Assembly (NCBI GenBank): GCA_951406725.2 | Contig: OX597821.1 | Span: forward strand, 110,980,001 to 111,044,000 | Length of the DNA stretch: 64,000 bases | Reading direction: 5' to 3' | Source: Octopus vulgaris | Taxonomy: Eukaryota | Part shown: positions 1-14,160 of the stretch, in pieces | How the letters are laid out: every line of letters starts with the position of its first letter | How positions within the stretch are numbered: position 1 is the stretch's first letter | Program-made: the position numbers and the translations under genes | The notes under the pieces: generated by a model | What the model saw: only the letters and a program-made list of their open reading frames with translations | Told to the model about the DNA's origin: nothing | Databases searched by the model: none

Positions 1-166
1 AGGGGAAGGAAAAAAGAAGGAAAGAAGAAAGGACAGGAAGAAAGAAATAATAAAGAAGGAAAGAAAGAAATGAAAGAAGAAGGACGGAAAGAAAGAAAGG
101 AAAAGGAAATAAAGAACGAAAGAAAGAAAGAAAGATAGAAAGAACGAAAGAAAAAAAGAAAGAAAG
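1..166. repeat. Purine-rich (GAAA/GGAA)n low-complexity tract
   Basis: Direct inspection. Confidence 0.9.
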
Positions 167-1041
167 TTGGAGACATTAAATGCGGCGTGTTTTAAAAATA
201 AGAACGTCCGTCCGTTTTTTATTTGTTTCTGTCAGTGGACTTTGGCCATGCTGCGGCACTGCATCAAAGGATTTAGTCGAACAAGTCGACCCCAGTACTT
301 ATTTTTTAAGTCTGATACTAATTCTGTCTTCGAGAAGATCATACTGCCAATAAACACACGCTCACAGATTGTATTTCACTTCAGTTTCAGTATCCATAAA
401 TTAAATTAGTAGTAAATTATTTATTTAATTATTTATCTAATCGACTCGACAAAGTTCTTTTATCACAGCCTGAGAACTTATCAACAACGGTGCTCTCGTT
501 TTACTGCTTTCCTGTACTGTAACATATTCTTCGTTTTTCCCGCTACAAAAATGAAATATTTAAATTTAGATATTGGAATCATTGATTATTTATCAACATT
601 CGACTATCTATGTGGATTAAATGAAGTTAATTCACTCCCGATATAATCATCTGTTATGGTTACTTCTACAGATGTAAATCAGCCAGCGCTGATTTTGTCA
701 ACAACGTTTCGTATCCGAGACGCCAGATGTAAAGAACAACAATGAGATCGAAAATGAAAACTGGATAATGGTCGTATATGCCATATTTCGGGAGTTTTTG
801 CTCCTTTACCAGCACCCATCTAACCCCTTAATCACCCACGAAAACATTGCTTAAATAACCACTCAATTTAGCGGTGTATCGATTTTGGAGATACCAATTT
901 TACATATCAAACACATTCCTGGAAGCTGGTACGTAAATATTCGTTTCTACTTGGGCACGTAAATATTTATGACTTATAGGAACACGGTATGTCGTTATGC
1001 AACCATAATACGCTACAAAATTATATTAAACATTTGATATA

Positions 1042-1566
1042 GAGGTCGTCGTCGACTTACGACCACAATTGGTTCCGACAGACTGGTCGTAAGTCGATTT
1101 GGTCCTAAGTCGGCCTATACATAGCTTTGTTTTATATTTTTACATCTTTAACGTACATTCTCAAGTAAAAGTCACACACAACATTTTGTATTATACTATT
1201 ATAATGGCGTTAGTCAAAACATTTCCGTGTCTCAAACTGTCGTCTTATAAACAAATACGAGGCTGCCTCGATGTCTCCGCGACAGGATATTTCTCCAACG
1301 CTCAGGATAACTACATGGGCGATCGATAACCAAACCTAGGGGAAGCGATTGTTAGCTGACATCATCCGTAGATGGGTTAATTTCTAAGAAATTAAACCCA
1401 TTAGATTTCTAAGAAAGTAAACCCATTAGATTTCAAAGAAATTAAACCCATTACATTTCTAAGAAAGTAAACCCATTAGATTTCAACTGGACTGTATATT
1501 ATTGCTGCCGGGAGCTGGCGCGCCAATCGTCGTAAAGTCGCTAGGTCGTAAGTCGACGACGACCTG
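1042..1566. mobile_element. pogo/Tigger-like (Tc1/mariner superfamily) MITE, 525 bp
   Basis: 23-bp TIRs: GAGGTCGTCGTCGACTTACGACC (1042-1064) and the reverse complement of CAGGTCGTCGTCGACTTACGACC (1544-1566). TA on both flanks. The CAG..TCGACTTACGA terminus resembles Tigger/MER47-type TIRs. A related deleted copy lies at 57207-57497. Confidence 0.85.
1381..1484 (+). repeat. 25-bp tandem repeat x4 inside the MITE
   Basis: TTTCTAAGAAA(T/G)TAAACCCATTAGA repeated four times; present once in the 57.3-kb copy. Confidence 0.9.
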
Positions 1567-2114
1567 TACTTTGTAGTATATTATGGTTTCATAGCGAAAT
1601 GCAGTGTCCTTACATGTCATTAATATAATAATTATACTTGTTATTTAGCACCGAGCCAGTTCCGCTTGAATAGATCTGTAATAAAAGGTGTTTTGTAATG
1701 TTTTGTTCAAGGTGGAGTTGTCAGAATTCACATCTCGTCGAAATACGATCTTATCCAGATTTATAAATTTCATCTACAAACAAGCTCAGTACGATCCAAT
1801 TCCCGACATGCTTCCAAATATAACATATTGATGTCAGTTCAGACGTATCTTATTGCTTATTACACAATGTGTGATGGTTATTGTTGTTGTTCTTCTTCTT
1901 CTTTTTATTCTTTTACTGCTATTACTACCAAACCAAGCGACTGCATCGGCTCCCTCATTGACTCATAGGTATAAACACACACATGCATACATTCACAGAC
2001 ACACACATACACGCATATACGTACACGTATACAAATCAAATGTAAATAAAATGAGCAATAAAAGGACAACAGCACAAGAGGGCCAAGGTTTAACAAATAC
2101 GGCATTAGCTTAAA

Positions 2115-2151
2115 GCTTTAACGTTTCGGACGTTTGTCCTTCATCAGAAAA
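2115..2151 (-). ncRNA. Minimal type I hammerhead ribozyme motif
   Basis: Minus strand reads gtttt-CTGATGA-A-GGAC aaac GTCC-GAAA-CGTTA-aag: intact core, 4-bp stem II, palindromic AACGTT mini stem III, weak stem I. Confidence 0.65.
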
Positions 2152-2160
2152 CACAAAAAG

Positions 2161-2330
2161 GGTGGCGAGTTGGCAGAAACGTTAGCACGCCTGACGAAAT
2201 GCTTAGCGGTATTTCGTCTGCCGTTATGGTATTTCGTCTGCACTGGGGTCGATGTAATCGACTTAATCCCTTTGTCTGTCCTTGTTTTTCTACTCTATGT
2301 TTAGCCCCTTGTGGGCAATAAGGAAATAAG
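2161..2330 (+). mobile_element. SINE family A (tRNA-derived), internally deleted copy
   Basis: GGCGAGTTGGCAGAAACGTTAGCACGCC head and GTCTGTCCTTGTTT..TTTAGCCCCTTGTGGG tail match other copies in the window. Confidence 0.85.
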
Positions 2331-2689
2331 AAGACACAGAAAAACATAGATGGAGTAGAAAAGAGAAACAATGACACAAAGGGGAAAATACGACGAGTGA
2401 AGGCTTGAAACTAGGTAGGAATGTTGATCTGTTGTGGGGAGTTAAAAATGGTGGAGGGGCAACGAGTGTCGTGCAGCAAGCGTTATATATGGCGGCCTCT
2501 GAATATTGATTCTTCTTGCTGTTGGGGTTGTCTGATATTTCCATTATGGCCCTTTATGTGTTATAATCCTCCTACAGCTATAGCTTATCTCCTATGTCGT
2601 TCATGATGGAATTTTTGTTTGGCAAGTGAGACGTTGTTGTTTTTACAACACATATTTTTTACAATGGTGTTGTATCTTTTATCTTTTTC

Positions 2690-2897
2690 ATGTTTCAGTC
2701 ATTGGACTGCGGCTAGGCTGGGGTATCGCCTAGAAGGGTTTTAGTTGAAAAAAATTGACCCAGTACTCTTTTGTTTTGTTGTTTGTTTTTCTTAACTTAG
2801 TACTTATTTATCGATGTGTTTTGCCAAACTGCTACGCCACGGGGACGTAAACAAACCAACATCGATGATGAAGGACAAACACAAACAGGAAGACACG

Positions 2898-2929
<32 letters not shown>

Positions 2930-3303
2930 CATACAGACATACACACACAGACATATGTGTGTATGTATGTGAATATATATTCATACATATATATACATAT
3001 ATATTTATAGCTATATGGTTCCGGGTTCGCTTTTACTGCGTGGCACCTTGAGCAAATGTTTTCTACTGTAGCCCCGGAGTGACCAAAACTTTGTGAGCGG
3101 ATTTAGGAGACGGAAACTGAAAGGAAGCCCATCGTATGTGTGCGTGCGTGCGTGTGTGTATGTGTGTGCCTTTGTGGCTGTGTTTACTCTCACCCACGCT
3201 TGACAACCGGTGTTGGTCTGTTTATGAACCTGTAACTTAATGGTTCAACAAAAAAACCGATAGGGGTCGATTCATTCGACTAAATACTGCTCAAGATGGT
3301 GCC

Positions 3304-3366
<63 letters not shown>

Positions 3367-3518
3367 TAGGAGTGGCTGTGTGGTAAGTATCTTGCTTACC
3401 AACCACATGGTTCCGGGTTCAGTCCCACTGCATGGGCAAGTGTCTTCGGCTATAGCCTCGGGCCGACCAAGCCCTTGTGAGTGGATTTGGTAGACGGAAA
3501 CTGAAAGAAGCCCGTCGA

Positions 3519-3565
<47 letters not shown>

Positions 3566-3647
3566 TAATATATAAATATATGCATATATACATATATGCA
3601 CATACATATATATCTATATATACATGTATATATATATGTATATATAC

Positions 3648-3707
<60 letters not shown>

Positions 3708-3810
3708 TAAATATATGCATATATACATATATGCACATACATATATATCTATATATACATGTATATATATATATGTATATATACATGTATATATATGTAT
3801 ATATATATAT

Positions 3811-3842
<32 letters not shown>

Positions 3843-3985
3843 ACGGGTTTCTTTCAGTTTCCGTCAACCAACTCCACTCAGAAGGCTATAGTAGTAAACA
3901 CTTTCCTAAGGTGGCGCGTAGTGGTATAGTGGATTGAACCCTGGACACCACAGACGAAGCGAGCTTCTTAAGCACAGCACCACGC
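2690..3985. mobile_element. Cluster of SINE family B copies (about 2690-2890 -, 3015-3305 +, 3364-3517 +, 3843-3985 -)
   Basis: Shared motifs GGCTGTGTGGTAAG (A box), GGTTCAGTCCC (B-box-like), CCTTGGGCAAGTG (CORE-like) and GGTAGACGGAAACTGAAAGAAGCCCGTCG, interspersed with (TA)n. Confidence 0.85.
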
Positions 3986-4390
3986 TGGTGATCCTTGTTG
4001 TTTGTCTTCAGAATGCATTTTATTATCTCGATGTCATGAATGCGTTGCAGCGTCGTCTCGTCTTCCTGTTCGACGGTTCTCTTTCAATGTGGTTTCATTT
4101 AAGCATAAAGACAATACCCTCACGTCAAATAATGTGAGATTCTTCCCTGAAACGTTATACAGGTTCTTCTATTTTACAACGATAATGGTATTTGCATAAA
4201 TGTCCAATGCGCAGGTGTTTCGCTTGCGTCATTTTTATGTTTCTTTCTTTCTATTTTCTTTTATTTTTTTAGTTTGAATAGCTCATATGACATCCAGAAT
4301 AAGTCAAGTGTGACGTCCATGAAGTTTACTTTTTCAGGTTAAATTGGACGTTTCTCTTCATGCTGAATGCATTGAAAGTTAATACGGTTC

Positions 4391-4591
4391 ATTTCCTCAG
4401 GTGTAAGAGGTACACACTCCACCTGCAACGTACGTCATAGATCCGTCATCTTTCTCACCCTTTCTGCGTACATACATACATACACACACACATACACAGA
4501 CACATTTACACAATTTCCTCAGGTGTAAGGGGTACACACTCCACCTGCAACGTACGTCATAGATCCGTCATCTTTCTCACCCTTTCTGCCT

Positions 4592-4629
<38 letters not shown>

Positions 4630-4643
4630 GCACATTTACACAA
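4391..4643 (+). repeat. Tandem duplication, about 122-bp unit x2
   Basis: ATTTCCTCAGGTGTAAG...CCCTTTCTGC-(CA)n-CACATTTACACAAT occurs twice, near identical. Confidence 0.9.
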
Positions 4644-4804
4644 TTACAAATTATAACAGACAATGCAAATTGGAGCAGATCTCGTCTTAAACTTAACTTC
4701 CGTGTTTCGGTCATATTACAACTCCTCAGCAACACATGTTACACACAGTTGGCAAGACTGAGAGAGATCAATACATACATGTGTATGTGTGTGTGTATGT
4801 AGAG

Positions 4805-4836
<32 letters not shown>

Positions 4837-5086
4837 TGTATGTATGTATGTATGTATGTATGTATGTATGTATGTATGTATGCATGTATGTATGTATGAG
4901 GCGGGATTGTAGCTGTGTGGTAAGAAATTTGCTTCTCAGCAACACTCATTGGTGCCTTATGCAATTGTCTTCTGCTATGGCCCTAGGACGAGCAAAACTT
5001 TGCGAGTAGATTTGATAGATGGGAAAATGTGTGTGTGTGTGTATGTGTGCGTGTATGTATGTGTATATATATACATACATACATAG

Positions 5087-5120
<34 letters not shown>

Positions 5121-5402
5121 CAAAGACAAAAATGGGACAAGAACGCAAAGCATCCAGACAGGCGATACAAGGAAAACAAAGGACGGATCATTCGGAATTT
5201 TCTATCCTCAGTCGAGTTCCAGATTATCTTTGCAATTTCGGCTAGTTATACTCGAGATTGGTCCAATCTGGCCAGCTCCAAGGAAAGAATAAGCTAAGAG
5301 CATTACATTCCTTGGAAGAAAGCAGCGAATGTATACGAAAACAAGGATGGAAAAAAAAACGAGAAATGTTACACAAATACAAATAACAGGACATAACGAC
5401 CG

Positions 5403-5482
<80 letters not shown>

Positions 5483-6149
5483 ATATGGCTAAAACTGACA
5501 ATTTTTTCTTTTTTTGTGAAAATAATGAACGTCATCTGAATGGACCCTCACAAGTGTGTTCAGATAACTACTTTTGCCCATCGTTACAGGTAAATCCCGA
5601 CTATGGATTTAACGAAAGTTGAAACTAATTCATAGCCAATTTGTTTCTTATTCTTTGTTTGATGCCAGATGGTTTATAAACAGGATTTTACTTTCACCAC
5701 AACGTAGGGAACATAAAATGGCAACGCTAGTTACAGATACGGACTAATTAGCATGTAAACCCACTAAGAATGAAGAATCACTAGCATCCTTCTCAGAGAA
5801 GGACACTGATCTAAATCCAGTAGTTTCACGCGATTTCTCATCGTCTCGCTTCGGCCTGTCACTCTATATATATATATCAAGAAGACTCCGAGAGTTGTAC
5901 GCAATCTATACAGGCATTTATCACTATAATCCAATGAGGTGCAGATGTCTCTTTGTGGTGACCCTCATTGTCATTCCATCTGCTGAAAGTCTTGTGGTGA
6001 TGGAAGAATAGTGATTTGTGTAGACGCAATCACTTGGAAACCGAAAGCAATAGGCACTCAACACATTTACTAGGACTTACCTATCATTATTATTTTAAAA
6101 TAGCTTGATTCGGCTCCATGCGACTTAAAGTTTCGCATGCTTCTTACAG

Positions 6150-6218
<69 letters not shown>

Positions 6219-6232
6219 CATACATACATACA

Positions 6233-6266
<34 letters not shown>

Positions 6267-6319
6267 CATATCATTTGCGTTAAATGTTAAAATGTCTTAT
6301 CGACGAGTTTCATTTCTTC

Positions 6320-6402
6320 ACTTCCCTGAAGAGAAGATTACATTGTTTTACACCATTTTATTCCTTTGGACCAGTGAAATCTTCGAAACATGTGTCGGAA
6401 GT
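6320..6402 (+). ncRNA. Type I hammerhead ribozyme, intact core
   Basis: Stem I ACTTCC/GGAAGT; CTGAAGA; stem II GAAGATT/AATCTTC extended by CATTG/CAGTG; GAAA; stem III AC-ATGT-GT; GUC triplet ending at 6396. Confidence 0.85.
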
Positions 6403-6681
6403 AAAAGAATTTGAATAACACCTGCGTTTAATTCCATTTATTTATATTTACACACATATATATATATGCATGTGTAAGTGTATATGTATGTTTGTGTGTG
6501 TGTGTATCAGAACGTAAATGATAATATATATTTATATATATTTATTCATGTACCTACTATATGTATATGTGTGAGCGTGTGTATACATAAATATGCATGG
6601 ATGTATGTATGTAGACATTATTGTATGTGCGTGTGTGTGTGTGTGTGTGTGTGTATCAGAACGCAAATAATATAATATATA

Positions 6682-6717
<36 letters not shown>

Positions 6718-6840
6718 TGTACATACGTATATGTATATATGTGTTTGTGTATGTGTGCGTGTACATAAGTAAGTATGTGTGTATGTAGAAATGTATTGAA
6801 TGTGTGTGTATACATGAGTATGCATGTATGTATGTATTGT

Positions 6841-6909
<69 letters not shown>

Positions 6910-7179
6910 TGTGTGTTGCGGGTCAGCAGTAGGAACAACAACACTAAATGTTTTGAATAATTATATTTGGTATTCAACAGAATAGTTCCTGTGACATTTA
7001 CGTGTTTCAGACATCGTCGAAAACATCTCCAGACATCGCTGACTGATGAAGCCAACCTGTTATTTATCCTTGTGCGCGCGCGCATGTGCGTGCCTGCATG
7101 AGTGTGTGTATGTGCACGCGCGCGCGCGTATGTGCGTATGTTTGTGTGCGAAGTATACTCGTACATATATATATATGTA

Positions 7180-7572
7180 GGGCGAGCTGGCAGAAACGTT
7201 AGCGCGCCGGGCGAAATGCTTAGCGGTATTTCGTCTGCCGTTACGTTCTGAGTTCAAATTTCCCCGAGGTCGACTTTGCCTTTCATCCTTTCGGGGTCGA
7301 TAAATTAAGTACCAGTTACGCACTGGGGTCGATATAATCGACTTAATCTGTTTGTCTGTCCTTGTTTGTCCCCTCTATGTTTAGCCCCTTGCTGGTAGTA
7401 AAGAAATAGGTATTTCGTCTGTCGTTGCGTTCTGAGTTCAAATTTCGCCGAGGTCGACTTTGCCTTTCATCCTTTCGGGGTCAATAAATAAAGTACCAGT
7501 ATAATCGACTTAATCCCATTGTCTGTCCTTGTTTGTCCCCTCTATTTTTAGCCCCTTGTGGGTACTAAAGAA

Positions 7573-7635
<63 letters not shown>

Positions 7636-7890
7636 CTAATAGAGCCAGATATATTCACAGACAAACACATACATACATATGGGCGAATACTAGAAGTCAC
7701 CATCGGAGGAAAAATGCTTCCCAGCGTTTCGACTGTCTTTATATTTTGAGTTCAAATTCCTTCGAGGTCACCTTTGCCATTCATCCTTTCGTGGGTCGAT
7801 GAAATAAGTACCAGTTGTATACTGGAGTCGATGTAATCGACTAGTCTTCTGCCCAAATTTCAGGCCTTGTACCATTAGTAGAAAGGATTA
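7180..7890 (+). mobile_element. SINE family A: full copy, tandem partial copy and diverged third copy
   Basis: A box TGGCAGAAACGTTAG, B box GAGTTCAAATT, central GTCGACTTTGCCTTTCATCCTTTCGGGGTCGATAAATTAAGTACCAG domain (resembles Nin/Deu-type conserved SINE domains; from memory, unverified). Confidence 0.9.
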
Positions 7891-7904
7891 TTATTATTAT
7901 TATT

Positions 7905-8185
7905 ATTCAGTAGTTTTATTTTTATTTTTTATAGCGTGCTTTCACTTCATTACCGAAGCGCAGCTTGTGCCTTGGCTATGTGCTGTGATTTGTTGCGATG
8001 CTCTGATGGTTATTGTATGGAAAGTGTTCTGCGTAGGATGTGTGCAGTGCCTAGTAGTGCAATTTTCTGTATCCTGGTGTTTTTGTTATGTATTTGTCAA
8101 TACTTTTTATCATGCCTAATGCACCTACTATGATAGGAATTGTTTCAGGTTCCACATTCTAGTTACCTCTATTTCAGGTCATTTT
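7905..8185 (-). mobile_element. 3' end of R4/Dong-like (RLE) non-LTR retrotransposon
   Basis: Minus strand encodes ETIPIIVGALGMIKK..IQKIALLGTAHILRRTLSIQ*, the typical RLE C-terminus, then a 3' UTR ending in (TAA)n. Confidence 0.8.
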
Positions 8186-8253
8186 GAGAGTTTCTCCATT
8201 TCTTTTAGAGACACGTTGTCATCTGCCGGTATTGATACATCAATTAGAAAGCA

Positions 8254-8318
<65 letters not shown>

Positions 8319-8521
8319 TCATTATTTAGACAATATAGGAACGAGGTGACTCATCCAGAAGTTATACACAAATAAATAGAAGAGTGCCATATCATGTGAA
8401 ATTGGTTGAACAATATTTCGGCATCTAGCGTGCTTTCAACAGGTTCAAATATTACATGTCAGTCTACTTCATTTTTTGTTTAGACTATATAGGACCGAGA
8501 TAAATCATTATATATACATTG

Positions 8522-8938
8522 GTGGCACTCCGTCGGTTGCGACGATGAGGGTTCCAGTTGATCCAATCAACGGAACAGCTTGCTCGTGAAATTAACGTGC
8601 AGGTGGCTGAGAACTCCACAGAAATGTGTACCCTTAACGTGGATCTCGGGGAGATTGAGCGTGACACAGAATGTGACAAGGCTCTCCCTTTGAAATACAG
8701 GTACAACAGAAACAGGAAGAAAGAATCAGAGAAAGTTGTGGTGAAAGAGTACAGCAGAGTTCGCCACACCCACCCTGCCGGAGCCTCGTGGAGCTTTAGG
8801 TGTTTTCGCTCAATAAACACTCACAACGTCCGGTCTGGGAATCAAAACCGCGATCCTACGACCGCGAGTCCGCCGCCCTAACCACTGGGCCATTGCGCCA
8901 CCAACCACTGCCCTAACCACTGGGCCATTGCGCCTCCA
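8522..8938 (-). mobile_element. SINE family C (head TGGAGGCGCAATGGCCCAGTGG) with duplicated 5' tip
   Basis: tRNA-like A/B boxes (TGGCCCAGTGG, GGTTTTGATTCCC); same family at 24847, 33630, 40760 and 51009. Confidence 0.88.
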
Positions 8939-10199
8939 CTATATATACATAGATACAAATACATATACAGAGAGACAGAGAGAATGAGTATTAGAGTGGG
9001 GGAATGTCAGAAAAAGAGGAGGAAGGATAGGTAGCAATAATAGCTATTTTTAGGCATTCAAAAGCTGTTTAAATCTATTATTGCTATTGCTATTGTTGTT
9101 GTTGTTGTATTACTTAGATGGGAATCGTTCCTCTTGTGACCAACCTTTTTTTTCTTTTCTTTTTCTTTTAAGCATATTGCGTTGAGGCCTAACTTACTCA
9201 AATGATACCTTCTTTCCCTTCTCAAATGGTACAGTTTCCTTTGAAAGCTGTTTCTATCAGGGCCGCCAGTATGAACTATGAACTACGTTGAAGCTTCCTT
9301 CAGTAAAAAAAAAAAAAAAAGAAAGCAAAAATTCGTACACACCATCGACTTCTGGTTCTAAGATATTTCACATCTCTTGAGTTGCAGTTGTCACAAATCC
9401 TTTCTAACCATCCCAAAACGCCATAAATAGCTATCAGAGCTTTCGAATTAGGTCAAACGTATCTGTTTATCCCAGTTGCTTTCTAAATATATAAATACTT
9501 AAATATTAATTTCTTCAACAATTGTAACCGTACCGGACGAAATACCTAACAACGCCTCTTCCAGATCTTTACTTTCTGCGTTCAAATTCCACCGAGGTCA
9601 CTCTACCTTTTATCCTTTCGGGGTCGATAAAATAAGTAGCACTTGAACACCGGGATCGATGTAATCGACTAACCCCTCACCCCCGAAATTGCTAGTCTTC
9701 TACGGAAATTTTGCATGTTACAATTTTTTTCCTCAATAATTGTTTACAGCACCAATAAATAGAGAGAGAAGAGATAAAATATGAGTGCGCATCGTAATTG
9801 TCAATATAAAGCTTATTTGGAAAAGGTTGCGTGGCGTTCGATCATATAATAATATAAATAATATATAATCATATGCATATATACATACATATATAATTAT
9901 ATGCATGTTTGTTTCTATCGTTCTATCAAAAAATGTTCGTTTTCTATGTTTTCATTTTTATGTTTCCGTTCCTCATTGTGTTCACGTTTTTTATGTCCTG
10001 TACCCACATATGCATGTATATATACATATATATGTAAGTATTTACATATATGTATGTATATATGAATATAATTATATATTATTTATATTACTATATGATC
10101 GAACACCACGCATCCCTTCCCAAGTAAGTTTTATCTTAATAATTACGATGCGCACTCTTATTCTATCTCTTTTCCGTCTATCTATCTCCCTCTTTTGTT

Positions 10200-10248
10200 C
10201 TTCTTTTCTATTTTTCTCTCCTACCCTTTCCCTATTCTTCTCCTCTCC

Positions 10249-10290
<42 letters not shown>

Positions 10291-10785
10291 TTCTCACTCT
10301 TCTTCCTTGACTCTTTCGTCGCTAACACGTGGCGAAAGGCGATCTATTTTCTTTCTTCCACTTCCTTCCTAAAGACAAGACGTGCTTTTACCTGTCTCTT
10401 CTCATAGCTTCTCCTTCTAGCGTTCATAATTTTTCACATCGTCTTGGCTTAACAGCTCTCACCTTTTAATTTTACTGTCTTGTTCTCGCTGTCCTGTTTT
10501 TGTTATCACTTTCGCCCCCTTCTCTTCTCTGTCTATCTCTCTCCCTCTCTTGTTCTTCATACTTTCTGGTTTTCTCTCCCATCCTTCCCTATTCGTCTCC
10601 TCTCCCCTTCACCGGTCCCTCTCTCTCACTCTTCCTCTTTGACTTCCTAAAGACAACACGTGCTTATACATGTCTCCTCTCATAAGCTCATCCTCCAAGC
10701 GTTCATAATAATTTTTCTATCGTCTTGACTTAACAGCCCTCACCGTTTGTTTTTGCTGTCTTGTTCCCACTGTCCTGTTCTTGTT
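10200..10785 (+). repeat. Diverged tandem duplication, period about 280 bp
   Basis: TTCCTAAAGACAA..CGTGCTT..GCGTTCATAAT..ATCGTCTTG.CTTAACAGC.CTCACC at about 10365 and 10643. Confidence 0.8.
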
Positions 10786-11087
10786 ACTGCTTTTACTCTC
10801 CGCAAAAAATCCCAAATTTTATTTCATTTGCTTTGCGGGAAGGACTGTTTCAACGAAGTCGCGTATTGTCCTTGCCTTCGCAATGCGGAGTAGATGAAGC
10901 AAGAACAACTGATGAAGGGGAATATCCTTTATGTTGCATGTCTCGTTTCTCTGTTTTTTTTCGTTGTTCGAAAAAAAGTTCATTTTCTAAGTTTTTGGTT
11001 TTTATGTTTTCATTTCCCTTTCTGTCCACGTGTTTTTGATGAACTGTACCCATATATGCATATATACATACATATATGTATGTGTAT

Positions 11088-11460
<373 letters not shown>

Positions 11461-11509
11461 AAACAAGTCAAAAATAGAAAATGCTAAGATGATTTTATAG
11501 TGAATCTTT

Positions 11510-11547
11510 CAGTACCGGTTTCGGTCATTTTGAGACCTTTTCAACTG
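11510..11547 (-). ncRNA. Core-variant or degenerate minimal hammerhead in the Penelope 3' region
   Basis: CAG-TTGAAAA-GGTC tcaaaat GACC-GAAA-CCGGTA-CTG: stems I and II and palindromic ACCGGT stem III present; core differs from CTGANGA at two positions. Confidence 0.55.
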
Positions 11548-12174
11548 TAACGATCAAATAATTAAATTTAGAAAAATTAGAAGAAAAGTTTTTTTAAAAG
11601 AATATTTCTGTAGTAGTGTTCAGATATAAGTAGCATTCTGCCTTTCTCTGACTCCCTTGTTTGCACTTGTGTGTTCGAGGTCGTTTTGAGTTCTTGGTAG
11701 GATAGGTGAAGAATAATGAGGCTGATGTGGAGAGGGGGTGGGGAAATCTGGGAATGCCTTAATGGTCGTATTTTGAATGGTCAGTGGCTGACAGTAGTCG
11801 CAGTTCAATTCAGGAATTGTTTATGGAATTTGCGTAGGCGTTATACTGAAAGACATTAGTGACAAGGTTAAGGGGTGGAAGGTGGAGAAGTAGAAGAAGA
11901 AGAAGACGATGATGTTGATGATGATGATGATGAAGAAGAAGAAGAAGGAGAAGGAGAAGATGGTGGTGATGATGGTGGTGATGATGATGACGACGATGAT
12001 GATGATAATGATGATGATGAAGAAGAAGAGGAAGAAGAAGAAGAAGAAAAAAACAGAGAAGGGAGAATATGAATGGGTGTAAGTATAGCTTTGATGGGGC
12101 TGATTAGTAATGGATTCTATGGAGTGTAATATTTGTGTGTGTATATATTTCTTTTATTCTAAAGTTGAGGTATA

Positions 12175-12745
12175 TTAATTGTTTGTCGTGGACCCGTTAA
12201 GAAGTGGCTTGTATTTTGTAATAAAGAGATTTTCTTTACTTATTCGTTGTCTCGAGGTTGTATCGTCCCTAAATTGGTAGAGGGGGAAAATTCTGAAGTT
12301 TGGTGTTTTTTTGTTGGCGCAAGTATCTATGTGTTGGCTAAAAGCTATTTTTCTGTTTTGGGGAATTTTTATCTGGGATCTGTGCAGGGCCATTCGTTTA
12401 CGCAAACCATTTTTTGTTTGGCCTATGTACTGCTCTTGACACCCGGAGCAGGTTAGTGAGTATATTAGGTTCTCCGAAGCACATGTGAAGTTGCTTTTCA
12501 CTGTAAACCGTTGTCCCTGTTTGAAGGAGAACTCTGATCCCTCAATTAGATAGTCGCATATCCCGCAATTGGGTCTTCCGCATTTTTTTACTGTCGGCTT
12601 CTGTGTTGAAGAGTGAATTCGGGCTTGTGTAAGGAGACTTTTCATGGATCTAGGCTGTCTTTTGCTTTTTATGATCGTGTGTGTTTGGAGGATTGTGTTC
12701 ATTCTGTGGTCTTTTTTTAGGAGGGGTATGTTGTGGAGGATGGTG
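12175..12745 (-). pseudogene. Penelope-like GIY-YIG endonuclease domain (C-terminal ORF fragment)
   Basis: KKCGRPNCGICDY..FTCASENLIYSLTCSGCQEQYIGQTKNGLRKRMALHRS..FSQH..KENLFITKYKPLLN: Cys linker, LIY-YIG, CxxC/H/H, catalytic R and E, terminal LN. The ORF N-terminus (12746-12843) is microsatellite/MITE read-through. Confidence 0.92.
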
Positions 12746-12817
12746 TATATATATATATATATATATATATAAGCATTAATAAATCTCCGAACGAGATGTA
12801 AACAGTAACCGCTCGAC

Positions 12818-13083
12818 AACGTAAAGTGTACTAGCCAACTCAATGTGGCTAGCCACTGGGGGTGGGTGTTACTGAAGCTTTTAGCCTCATGAGATCATCG
12901 TCTTCAGCTGGCTTTAGACACACTTTCTGTGCCCTTCTGATATTCACAAAGGGAGGTCATCCCCTCTCGAAAACCTAAAGTGTGTCTAAAGCCAGCTGGA
13001 GACGATGATCTCCTGGGGCTAAAAGCTTCAGTAACACCCACCCCCAGTGGCTAGCCACATTGAGATGGCTAATACATTTTACG

Positions 13084-13085
<2 letters not shown>
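12818..13085. mobile_element. Foldback/MITE-like element with about 108-bp inverted arms
   Basis: 12818-12926 is the near reverse complement of 12977-13085, with a 50-bp spacer; a single diverged arm-like copy lies at about 47130-47220. Confidence 0.8.
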
Positions 13086-13141
<56 letters not shown>

Positions 13142-13477
13142 GTATATATGCATACATACACACACACATGACATAATCTTTCAGTTTGATGTTAAATTGC
13201 TTTTATATTTAACTTGACATAAAATCAAACATTTTTATTTATGTGTGTGTGTGTGTGTTTCAAGCTAATGAAAAGACATGAGACACGAGATTGGTTGATG
13301 GCGGGTTCTTTTTTTTTTATTTTTGCTTTTTCGTTTGTTTTACTTTTTGTGTCTTTGTCTGGAAGTCGAAAAGTCATTTGCAATAGAATCGATTTGGTCT
13401 TTCGAAGTAGTGTTTTGTTTGGTTGTTGGTTAATAACCCTCTGGTCCTTCTTACCAATGTGAATGCGAACATATTGA

Positions 13478-14160
<683 letters not shown>

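Noticed and set aside
11875-12072. Acidic D/E-rich ORF (also 16117-16563, 36457-36813)
   Set aside because: (GAT)/(GAA) microsatellites without splice or domain support.
12977-13040. HDV-like ribozyme in the foldback arm
   Set aside because: Could not build the P1/P1.1/P2/P3 nested pseudoknot by eye.
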